64,000 nucleotides of DNA, from positions 32,001 through 96,000 of the IMG/VR virus record IMGVR_UViG_3300045125_000158. The stretch is one strand, 5' to 3'. This document shows, piece after piece, positions 38,412 through 48,953 of this stretch. The DNA is from a virus. The notes under the pieces are model-generated. The model was not told where the DNA came from. It saw only the letters and a list, made by a program, of their open reading frames with translations, and did no database searches. The translations under genes were made by a program, and so were the position numbers. Position 1 is the stretch's first letter; every line of letters begins with the position of its first letter.

Positions 38412-39031
38412 TTATGAGAATGTTAATTTTGATCGTATCGCACTAGCGTAACAGTTGCGAGCATCGTCCACAATACGCCACATTTGATGAACTGGCCCTT
38501 CCATAATTAGTGCTGTAGTTGCTGATGCAACTGTGTATGGGTTGGCTGCAGAGTTGCTTACAATTTGCGTGGCAACTGCATTGCTGACGTTTGCTGTTGC
38601 GGTAACTGTGCCCGAAACTGGTACAGTGGCGTTGACTTCGGTTGGTGCCGCCAAGTTAGTTCCGATTGCTTCAATCACAACTTTTTGACGCAGACGGTTG
38701 TCAACAACAGCATTGCTTTCAAGTAATTTATTCATTCTGCGCAAAGATCTTGCAAACTTTCTTCACCTGGTAGATCAAGGTATATCTGCAAAACATCACT
38801 TGAACTCATAAGAGTAGTATTATAGTCTAGCGTAAGCACATTGCTTGCAAAACTTACAGCACCTACAGATGAACTTGCAAAATTATAAATTATTGTATTT
38901 GCAGTTACATTTGTAATCAAAAGAATATTTGCCAAACTTATTGTTTGTGCTAAATTTGAAAAAGTAATAGTTTGCGCAGCTGGGTTAAAAGTATAGGTGC
39001 CAGTAACATCATAACCTAATAATTTTTTCAT
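38412..39031 (-). CDS. Hypothetical virion protein, frameshifted
   Basis: MKKLLGYDVTGTYTFNPAAQTITF...LLITNVTANTIIYNFA. GGAG SD. Joins 38412..38744 across an indel. Confidence 0.55.
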
Positions 39032-39047
39032 AATACGATCTCCACTA

Positions 39048-42000
39048 TTATAAAGCTATCGACATTGCAATAACAAACGCCTCAGTAGCTCCACCTGCTA
39101 TTCCTGAGAATCCTGAAATACCAGAATATCCTGAATAACCACTGTTGCTTGAATAGCCACTAAGACCAGAATAACCAGAATAACCACTCGTGCTCGAATA
39201 TCCTGAATAACCAGAGATACCACTGTAACCAGAATAACCGCTAAAACCTGATATGCCTGAATATCCTGAATATCCACTTCTGCCCGAATATCCACTATAG
39301 CCACTTATGCCTGAATATCCGGAATAACCGCTATACGCCTGAATATCCAGAATACCCAGAAACACCTGAATATCCACTATAACCTGAAATTCCGCTGTAG
39401 CCAGAATATCCACTATCGCCAGCTCTTGTAAAACTTACTTCATAAACATCTGATACACTTGGCGATCCAGAGTTGACAACGTTTGTTACAGAAACAATAG
39501 CTCCATCAGTCTGCATCGTAATTGCAGTTATATTAAATATAGAAAACTGTGTTGGGTTAGTGTTTTTTACAAAAGTTAAACTGCCTTTTATTGCATTTGT
39601 ACTGTCATCCCAAGTATTAATCCAGCCTGAAATGTTTCTACTTAAATTATCTGTATAACTAAAATATATAGATGTACAGGTTGACAAGGTATCATTATTT
39701 GTATAAAAATATTTTTGGCGAATAGATGCCTGGAAGATATATAATATATTGGTATGTTGTAGTATTTGCTCCTAAGCCTTTGTATCCACTATATCCAGAG
39801 AATCCACTATAACCACTATAACCACTATAACCACTAATACCTGAGTATGCACTATAGCCACTAATGCCTGAATAACCAGAATATCCGCTTATTCCACTAT
39901 ATCCTGAATACCCACTTAAAGATATCAAGCTCCAATAAGTAGGACTTATATCTGGTTGATTTCCTAATTGGAAACTTAAACTTACGTAACTACTTCCATT
40001 ATAAGTTACAACATCATTCTTGTTATATGCAACACCAGAATCCCAGGTGCCTACATAATTAAATCCTAATCCACTATAGCCACTATAACCAGATATTCCA
40101 CTGTATGCAGAGTATCCGCTTCTACCTGAATATCCACTATATCCTGATATTCCGGAATATCCAGAGTAACCACTAACTCCAGAATATCCACTATAACCAC
40201 TTCTGCCAGAATATCCAGAAATACCACTGTATCCACTATAACCACTAATACCTGATATGCCTGAATATCCTGAATATCCACTCACGCCAGAATATGCACT
40301 ATACCCACTAATCCCCGAATATGCTGAATAACCTGACAAACCAGAATAACCAGAGTAACCACTTGGGCCAGAATATCCAGAATAACCGCTTGCTACTATA
40401 GCCCGAATAACCACTAGGTCCTATATACCCAGAATAACCAGATAATCCACTTGCGCCTTGTGAACCCTCGTAGATACCTGTAGACAACATGCTATAGTGA
40501 TCAGTGCCTTCATAATAGTAGTAGACAGTAATGTTACTTGAATGGGTTGTTTGCACATAGATTTTTAGAACCAAACGATCGGCTGCGTCAAGATAATAAA
40601 CACTTGTAAAAGCATAATTGCTTATAAATAATTCAGGGTTAGCAAGACTTGTATTTGTTAATTCATCAGAAGTTGTGCTAAAAATAAGCGTTTCGGTTCC
40701 ACCATTACTTCGTTTATAGAGCTTGTAAACAAAAGTTGTTACACCATTAGCACTATCAATTGCATAAAATGTATTGAACCGCCAAACGCCAACAGGTATA
40801 GAAGTAATCGCAGGTTGTCCATAATTAGTTATTAGAGATACTAATAATTTTTGCCCGTCACCCGATGCAACTGTTGTATTATAACTTGTTTCAGCATCAA
40901 AATCGGGCACCTTATCCCATTGATAATAACCACTGACACCATGCGTGGGATCATAAACTAAGTCATCATGATTTGTGGGATAAAATATAACACCAACCGC
41001 AGGTAATCCACTAAAGCCAGAAAAACCGCTTGCACCACTATAGGCGCTATATCCGCTTATACCACTATAAGCAGAATAACCAGATCTACCACTATAGCCA
41101 CTGTATCCGCTTGTTGATGAATAACCTGAATATCCAGAAATTCCTATATAACCGCTATATCCACTAATTCCACTACCGCTATAGCCCGAATATCCACTAG
41201 GACCGGTCATAGCAAAATTGAAGCCGCACAAGTCCGTATCATCAAGAGCATCAGCTGGTGTTGCCAAAACAGTTACTGATAATTCATAATAAGTTGTACG
41301 ATCCGTAATCGAATTTATTTGAAGATAAGATCTTTCAGTGGCAGCTGATCCTCTTATACTTATGTAGGCTCTACTGGCATACGCTGAATTAAGCATAGTG
41401 CTGACTAAGGTATACGCATTGTTGCCAGAATAGTCAGTGTAATCTAACCATAGCTTGGTTATTGCAGCCTGATTTGCTGGACTGTCACAGTGAAAACTTT
41501 GCGAATCGGGCGCAACATTTGTTGACTTTGCTGTATCAAATATATAGAAAAACAAACCACCAACAAGCGCCTACAGCACCAGACGCTCCTGAATAACCAC
41601 TATAACCAGATGCAGCTTGAATAACCAGAATAACCGCTAATACCAGAGTAGCCACTGTAACCAGATACTCCGCTATAGGCAGAGTAACCGCTACGACCAG
41701 AATATCCCGAATAGCCACTTAATCCAGAATACCCACTATAACCAGATGCTGAAGAATATCCACTATAACCACTAAAACTACTGAAACCAGAGTATCCACT
41801 TATTCCGGAATATGCAGAATACCCACTTATTCCGCTATAAGCACTATATCCGCTTACGCCAGAATATCCAGAGTATCCGCTGATTCCAGAATAAGCAGAA
41901 TATCCACTATTTCCTGAGTAACCGCTATAGCCACTAAAGCTACTATATCCAGAGAATCCACTTATTCCGGAATATGCAGAATATCCGCTTGTTCCTGAAT

Positions 42001-42670
42001 AACCACTGTAACCACTACCGCTAAATCCTGAAAAACCGCTCAGACCTTCAATGCCCGAATATCCCGACCTACCATTTCCTACTATGGTGAATGCAATTTT
42101 GTCATCTGTAGTAAAAGACGCATTAAAATAACGATTTATTACTGGCCATGAATAGATAGCATTTACATAGGTAAGTGGCCCTGTAATTTCAAAAATTGCG
42201 TTATTATTTTCATTTCCATATTTTCGCAAATCTATAAAATCACCAAATTTTATAGTTTGCAGCCAATTTTCGGTACTAATAAATCCAATATTATATGCGC
42301 TTACTTGCAACTCTGTTGCTGAAGAAATGTCAACATTATTCAAATTAACATATCTTTCTGGTGGCGGAGCGGAAACTGTAGAATCCCAATAATAAAGATT
42401 TACGTTGCCAACAATAATACCATCAACACCAGAATAGCCACTATAGCCTGAACGTCCACTATATCCAGAATAACCACTATAGGCACTATATCCACTATAG
42501 GCAGAATATCCGCTATACCCAGAAAAACCACTGCTGCCTACCGCTTGAGGCTGGTTTATCCATTTTTGTGTAGCATCATCATAAACAAGGATATCGCCAT
42601 CAACTGGTGATGACAAATTAACGTCGCCCTGTTCTTTAATACCATCAGGTATGCGAAATGCTGAACCCAA
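39048..42670 (-). CDS. ~1200 aa fibre-like protein with six (Ser-Gly-Tyr/Ile/Phe)n tracts separating globular domains, frameshifted
   Basis: TTG start with a GGAG SD. DVNLSSPVDGDILVYDDATQKWIN head, SGYSGYSGIS tracts, CBM5/12-like WDSGVAYNKNDVVTYNGSSY, C-terminal AFVIAMSIAL*. Confidence 0.75.
39100..42535. repeat. Coding 9-bp-period repeats (six tracts: ~39100-39415, ~39780-39915, ~40070-40450, ~41010-41200, ~41590-42070, ~42430-42535)
   Basis: Same Ser-Gly-Tyr/Ile/Phe triplet code, with occasional Ser-Ala-Tyr. Confidence 0.93.
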
Positions 42671-42721
42671 AGTAGATGCTCCATATCATAGTTGCTATGA
42701 CTATGAATTATTACAAAAAAT

Positions 42722-43218
42722 TTATACCATGTCCTTGTGCTGTGCCAACAATTTTTCAACTGCATCAACAACTATATTGGGCTCGACAAAATCTACCGTA
42801 TTGAATTCAACAGCTTCCCAAAATCCAAATTGATCAGGTCTCAAGTTCTTACGATCTTTCAACAGATTCACATTTTGATCATAACCAAAAATATTCGGAT
42901 CAGATTTACCGAATATAACAACGCCCCTCTTTTGGTAGTATGTAGCAAAGTGCTGAAAAAAGAATCTACAGAAATCCAACAATCTGCGTCATTCAATAAT
43001 TCACGTAATTCCACCAAGCTGAGATTAAATTTTAATTCATTAGCGCCAACGTTTGCTTCACCATTTACTCCAATCTGTATAATGTAATATCCTTTAAAAC
43101 GCAACATATTCACAACTTCTTTCCAATAAGGATAATTTTTAGGATTTATCTTTTCAGGATCAGTTGGATTTTTCTTTCGCAATTTTTGCGCATATGGGCT
43201 TATTATAATTTTTTTCAT
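42722..43218 (-). CDS. GT9-like (heptosyltransferase C-terminal-like) protein, frameshifted
   Basis: IIISPYA...KNYPYWKEVV...IIQIG...CWISVDSF/FQHFA...GVVIFGKSDP. Confidence 0.65.
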
Positions 43219-44243
43219 AGCCACTTGCTCCTAAATGCATCTACAAGCTTGCCTTTCCAATTCTTTTCCGTCATAAATTTATAGATATTATGTTCTTCTA
43301 TTTTATTATCAATCTTTTGTGCATCGCCAATTGAGATAAGCGGGATATTATCATCAGCAAAAACTTCTGGATATGAAACTGCAAGTATCAAGTTTTTATC
43401 GTTATACTTTTCTTTAATTTCAGGCAAAATCATCTTAAATGCATAATGATCACCCATACCGCAGTCTAATACAATTATCTTATTTTCCTTGAAGTAGATA
43501 CCGTATTCTTTTAATTTACGTGCGAATATTTTTTCATCATGTTCCCAGAAAAATTCTGATTCATACGATCTGATACCACCGCTAGGTGATCGCAAATGCC
43601 AAATAACTGCACTTGAATCAACTAGCAACTTATAACCTGCGCGTTTCATTTCATACGTAAACATGGTTTCTTCACGATGACCAACAGGGCTCAACTCCAT
43701 GCAATAACCATGCTTTGCCGCCTCTTTACGAAATAAGAAACTATTATTCATGTGATCAACTTCTTGGACGCCACTGAATCTAAACCATTGCAAATTAGGT
43801 TTTGTGTAAATATCTTCTATTTTGCTTGAAGCAATTCCAGTATGTACATGATTTTCACCAGGAACGAGAACAAGGCCGCTAATTGCCCCAACATCATCAG
43901 CTATATGACTGACTAAAATCTCAAGAACATTTGCTTCTGGTGTATCATCATCATCAACTCGCCAAATCCATTCGGTATTAGCCACATGTATAGCCATCTG
44001 GTGATTATGAACTTGTCCTTTTCTTTTTCCAAAAATACATTCAAACTCTATATTTTTTGTGGCAAATAGAGCGAATATGCTTGCATAAACAGGATCGTTA
44101 CGCAGATCCTTCTGCTCGCCATCATCAAACATAAGAACTTTCTTTGGTTTATATGTTTGCTGTGCAATACTTAGCAGGCACATAGGCAGCGTTGTGTTAT
44201 ATCTATTTTTTGTAGAAATTTCTACGGTAACATCAATGTGCAT
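43215..44243 (-). CDS. GT2 glycosyltransferase with a C-terminal GT9-N-like domain
   Basis: ISTKNRY, LSIAQQTYKP, FDDG, WIWRVDDD (DxD), HREET. C-terminal IIVLDCGMGDHYAF. Confidence 0.8.
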   Translation of the reverse strand: MHIDVTVEISTKNRYNTTLPMCLLSIAQQTYKPKKVLMFDDGEQKDLRNDPVYASIFALFATKNIEFECIFGKRKGQVHNHQMAIHVANTEWIWRVDDDDTPEANVLEILVSHIADDVGAISGLVLVPGENHVHTGIASSKIEDIYTKPNLQWFRFSGVQEVDHMNNSFLFRKEAAKHGYCMELSPVGHREETMFTYEMKRAGYKLLVDSSAVIWHLRSPSGGIRSYESEFFWEHDEKIFARKLKEYGIYFKENKIIVLDCGMGDHYAFKMILPEIKEKYNDKNLILAVSYPEVFADDNIPLISIGDAQKIDNKIEEHNIYKFMTEKNWKGKLVDAFRSKWL

Positions 44244-44919
44244 CTTTATTAGCCTCGTGTATAAATTCTATTGTTGCTAAATCACCCGAAACTGCATCGC
44301 CTTCATAAAATCTTTTACCAATCTTATAACCAATAAGATCCATCAACTCAAAAACCTTTTCGTCATTTGTTTCTATAAAAATTGGTGGCCTATATTTTAG
44401 TATCGTTCGCATGGCACCCAACAATACATTATACTCTGCTCCCTCTACATCTATTTTGATGAGAGTAACATTCTCAATGTTGAAATTATCTAGAGGCATG
44501 ATATCAACATCATTGCCGTCAACAACTTTGATCATGCCAGAATTATTTTCTTTTGGCTCTATAATCTTGCATTTACCTCTGATTGCTCCCAAGGCGCAGT
44601 TATATGCAATTACTTTTTGATCTGCGATATTTTTCTTGAGCAAATTGTAATTAGCTACATAAGGCTCAAAACAATAAATAAGTTCATGTTCGAGAAAGTT
44701 AGTAAAATATTTTGCATGATTACCTATATTTGCCCCAACATCAACTATTGTATTATGTTTTGGATACATTTTCTTTATATATCGCAAAACATAAAATTCA
44801 TAGAACTCTTTGTTTATTTGTAAGATATTAGAAATATATTCGGGTTGATCATAAATGTTTATTGCTATTGTTCTATTTTCTTCAAATATACTTATTTCTT
44901 TAGTTGCGGCAAGATTCAT
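44233..44919 (-). CDS. FkbM-family methyltransferase
   Basis: VDVGANIGNH, FEP, CALG, IKIDVEGAEYNVLLGA, PPIFIE. Confidence 0.9.
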   Translation of the reverse strand: MNLAATKEISIFEENRTIAINIYDQPEYISNILQINKEFYEFYVLRYIKKMYPKHNTIVDVGANIGNHAKYFTNFLEHELIYCFEPYVANYNLLKKNIADQKVIAYNCALGAIRGKCKIIEPKENNSGMIKVVDGNDVDIMPLDNFNIENVTLIKIDVEGAEYNVLLGAMRTILKYRPPIFIETNDEKVFELMDLIGYKIGKRFYEGDAVSGDLATIEFIHEANKDAH

Positions 44920-45652
44920 TTTTCCTCCATCATGCAATTTCTTGCAATTTGATTTGCTTTAAATAAGCTCTCAAAAGTACCTGCGTCAGTCCATTCATCG
45001 GTCAAAAATTCGTAACTCATCAAAGATTCATCAATATAAAGATTATTCACATCTGTAATTTCTAGTTCATTTCTTTTACTCGGCTTGATTTGCTTGATAC
45101 GATCAAATACGCTATTGTCATACAAATACATACCAGTAACAGCAAAATTACTCTTGGGCTTTTTTAGGCTTTTCTTCAATTCCCACCAACTTTCCATCAA
45201 TTATATTAGCAACTCCAAATCTTTCTGGATTATCAGTTTTGCTAAGGAAAACTTTTGCACCCGAATTAAAATTTGCAACGGATGATGCATTGAATTTCTG
45301 CGCTAAAAATATTATCGCCCAAAATAACGTTAACATTTGAGCCACAAGAAAAATTTTCTGCTAGGCTTAACGCTTGAGCTATACCACCAGCCTCATCTTG
45401 TACTTTATATGAAAATTCCACATTATATTCTTTACCACTACCAAGCAATTGAGATATGTGTCCGCAGAAGTCAATACTAGTCACAATCAAAATTTCTTTA
45501 ATCCCTAAATCAATGAGTGTACTCAATGGATAGAATATCATTGGCTTATTATATATTGGCAACAGGTGCTTATTTGTAACACGAGTAAGTTGACCAAGAC
45601 GAGATCCAGTTCCACCAGCAAGCAAAACGCCTTTGATATAATTTTCTTTCAT
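44916..45652 (-). CDS. rmlA: Glucose-1-phosphate thymidylyltransferase (short form), frameshifted
   Basis: GVLLAGGTGSRL..LT...NKHLLPIYNKPMIFYPL, VQDEAGGIAQAL, LGDNIF, EEKP, AVTGMYLYD, SKRNELEITD, WTDAGT. Confidence 0.92.
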
Positions 45653-45676
45653 TAAATACACCTCAGATTAACTTTC

Positions 45677-46489
45677 TTATTGACAATAATTGAATACACA
45701 TCTTTCCATAGCATCAATTGCCGAAGGCATATAAATACCCATATTGTCTAATTTTTGCACACTCAGCACACAGTTTGATCTACGAACTAATGTCATTTTA
45801 TCGAGTTCATTTTCTTGTATAAGTTGATAATCCAACTTTTTGCCGGATATCTTTTCATAATGCTGCAGAATACGACCATGCGTTATGCCACCACGATTTA
45901 CTACGTTATAAATTCCTACAGCATTCTTCTGCAACAATGCCTCTGTAGCTACTAAAAGATCAGGTACATAAGTTATTGAATTGCTTGCTTCAACAATCTT
46001 GTTATAATTTAATAGTTTTGATAATAAATTTCGCGAATTTCTATTATGATGAAATGGCATACGAATTCTTAGTTGCAAAACAGGCAGAATCTTTTAAATA
46101 CCTTTCGGATACAATTTTTGTCCATGCATAATAATTACCATCCCAATTAGGAATATCTTCTTCAGAATAACCTTTTCCATCATTATCGCCTTGATATGTG
46201 CATCCACTACCAATATGCACCATTTTGGCATTATATTCTTTACATGAATTGTAGATGATAGTTGGTAATACTACATTAGCAAAAAAGTATCTTCTTTGTT
46301 GCTTTCGCACCAATCAATATTTGGTCTACCAGTTTTGCCTGCACAATTGATAACTACATCTGGTTGATAATAATTAAGTAAATCATCCATCTGCTCTTGC
46401 GTCATTATTTTATAAGTGTAACAATAACAATTAAAGTATTTGCTATACTCTTGACCTAAAAAACCGTTACCAACAATAAGATGCTTCAT
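45677..46489 (-). CDS. NDP-4-keto-6-deoxyglucose 3,5-epimerase/4-reductase (NRS/ER-type, RmlD superfamily), frameshifted
   Basis: GNGFLG, NCAGKTGRPNIDWCESNK, HIGSGCTY, EEDIPN..GNYYAWTK (YxxxK), LRIRMP, RNLLSKL, NSITY. Confidence 0.85.
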
Positions 46490-46496
46490 TATTACC

Positions 46497-47170
46497 TCAT
46501 TTTTTCTTCACAATCGCTGTGATACTTCTGCTGTCTCCACGTACATCGAACACTTCTATTTTATCGGTATTGGTAGCAATATAATTCACGTTTTCCGGCG
46601 ATAGGTAGATTGTCTGTAAAAACTTTTGGTCTGCATATCTTTTTATTACGTTATATACGGTGAATTCGTAATCCGGAGTAATTTTATGATAAGCCATATG
46701 ATTAGGCCATAACTACCTAATGAGGCATGTAAGTCTTCTATGATGTAGTAACCACCTTTTTTAAGATACTTAAAAAATATACCCCAAGTTATTTGCGTAT
46801 GTATAGTATCATGTCCGCCATCATCTATGATAATATCAAAATTACCACCATACATTTCTACGAATAATTTGATTTTTTCCTCATCTATTTGGCTACAATT
46901 AAAGCTACTAATTCTATCTTCATGTACCAAAAATTCGGGTACATAATCTATTCCAAAAATTGCCGCATAAGGAAAATATTCTTTCCACATACGTAGGGAA
47001 GCACCTTTAAAAATTCCAATTTCAAGAACTCGCCGTACTTTGTGTCTAGATTCGTAGAATATATTATTATATATAGATGCAAAATTATGCGGCAAAAAAT
47101 TAGGGTCATGTTGATATATACTACCTTTGTCAGAGCCATATTTGTCAGCCAATTCCGTAAGAAGATCCAT
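46497..47170 (-). CDS. Class I SAM-dependent sugar O-methyltransferase (MycE/TylE-like), frameshifted
   Basis: KYGSDKG...HNF..IY, VLEIGIFKGASLRMWKEYFP, FDIIIDDGGH, LKKGGYYIIEDL. TAATG overlap with rmlB. Confidence 0.8.
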
Positions 47171-48131
47171 TAGGGTCTGCTCCAACAATTTGAAACAATA
47201 TTACTGCAATACCACTCAACTGTTTTGGCAAGGCCATCTTTAAACTGATATGAAGGTTGCCAACCCAATTCTTTAAGTTTACGACTATTTATATCATATC
47301 GTAAATCATGCCCCAATCTATCAGGGACAAATTCTATAAAACTTGCATCTTTATTTAATAAATCTAAAAGCATACCTGTCAACATCAAATTTGTAACTTG
47401 ATTACCGCCACCAATATTGTATATCTGACCTGGCTGACCTTTATCTAATATTAATTTTATAGCACGGCAGTTATCTTCAACATGAATCCAATCTCTTATG
47501 TTTTGTCCATTTCCATAAATAGGAACCGTTTGATTGTCAAGTAATCTCTGAATAAAAAAAGGTATTATTTTTTCTGGATATTGAAATGGTCCGTAATTAT
47601 TAGAAGACCTTGTAATTATAATATTTTGATTGAAAGTCTTGTGTGCAGCGATACACAACATCTCAGCAGATGCCTTTGATGCACTATATGGGCTAGAGGG
47701 CCTAAGTACGTCATCTTCACGACTTGACCTGTCTGTTTTGTTTAGAGATCCATAAACTTCGTCAGTTGATATTTGCAAAAATTGTGCAACATTCTTTCTC
47801 TACAAATCTGCAGGAGATTGTTTACTCCAACAATGTTGGTTTGCACAAAAACGTCTTGGGAATCTATAGATCTATCTACGTGACTTTCTGCTGCAAAATT
47901 TACAACTATATCATCTGGCTGCACAATATTGTAAATTGATTCGTAATTACAAATATCAGCAATTACATATTCGTAATTTGTAAAAATAGAAAATTCATCA
48001 TGCACCAACTTATTTGCAGCATAAGTCATTTTATCAATGTTTAATATTGCTGTTTGCGAATCATCTTTTAAAAGACAGCGTATAAAATTTGATCCAATAA
48101 AACCAGCCCCACCAGTTATAACATATCGCAT
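47170..48131 (-). CDS. rmlB: dTDP-glucose 4,6-dehydratase, frameshifted
   Basis: TGGAGFIGSNF, DKMTYA, NFAAESHVDRSI, ISTDEVYG, PSSPYSASKA, RSSNNYGPFQYPEKIIP, RDWIHVED, DRLGHDLRY. Confidence 0.95.
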
Positions 48132-48941
48132 CAAATATCTCCAGATTTAAATATTTCAAATGATTTTTCGTTGGGCATATCAACCGTGCCAGTCCAATTA
48201 CCTTGCAGAGCAAGAAACTGCATATTATTAGTATCGCTGAAATTCAGGGCCAAACTTTACACCGGTTTCTTCATAAGCTCCAGCATACTCCACATCATAA
48301 CGCAGCCATCCCAAATGTTCAGCATATATGTTAGTTCTACCATACATTAATCCCCGATATTCGCAGAAAGCGTTATAACCATGCATTCCAGGTCCATTCT
48401 GACCCATATTACAGGAAATGAATTCCATGAAATCTTTTGTTCTCACTGTATAAAACCATCCGTCAGTGTTAATATTCCAAAAATCAATATTTGGTAATTT
48501 TTCTTGCGGAATATTTTCTATAAAAACATCATTTTTATGGTCAATGTGCATTGTTCTTTGCAATTGCACGGACACGGCTCCAATAAAATTATTATTCTGC
48601 AAAAGCATAGAACATTTTTTCAACCAATTATTTTGCGGATCAATAATTTTTAAATCTAAATCAGTAAAACATAAATATTCATATTTCTTATAAATATCTA
48701 ATAAATATTTATTTATCAACCATACATTGCCAAAATAGTTTTTGTACATCTGTATATAAGCATAAATACTTTTATTTTTTAACAAATGCTTACAATAGCT
48801 TTGTATAAGATGTGAGCGTGTTGACTTATTATCTATAATAATAAAATCAACATGATCATTATAATTAATTACACTGTCTACTGATGGAATCAAAAAATCT
48901 AAAATTTTCCAACATCTACCAACAACTAGAGTGCTCTTCAT
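48131..48941 (-). CDS. GT-A fold glycosyltransferase-like protein, frameshifted near the C-terminus
   Basis: IIIDNKST and LCFTDLD (DxD). Ends ...FKSGDI* overlapping the rmlB ATG. Confidence 0.6.
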
Positions 48942-48953
48942 CAAAAAGCCTTT

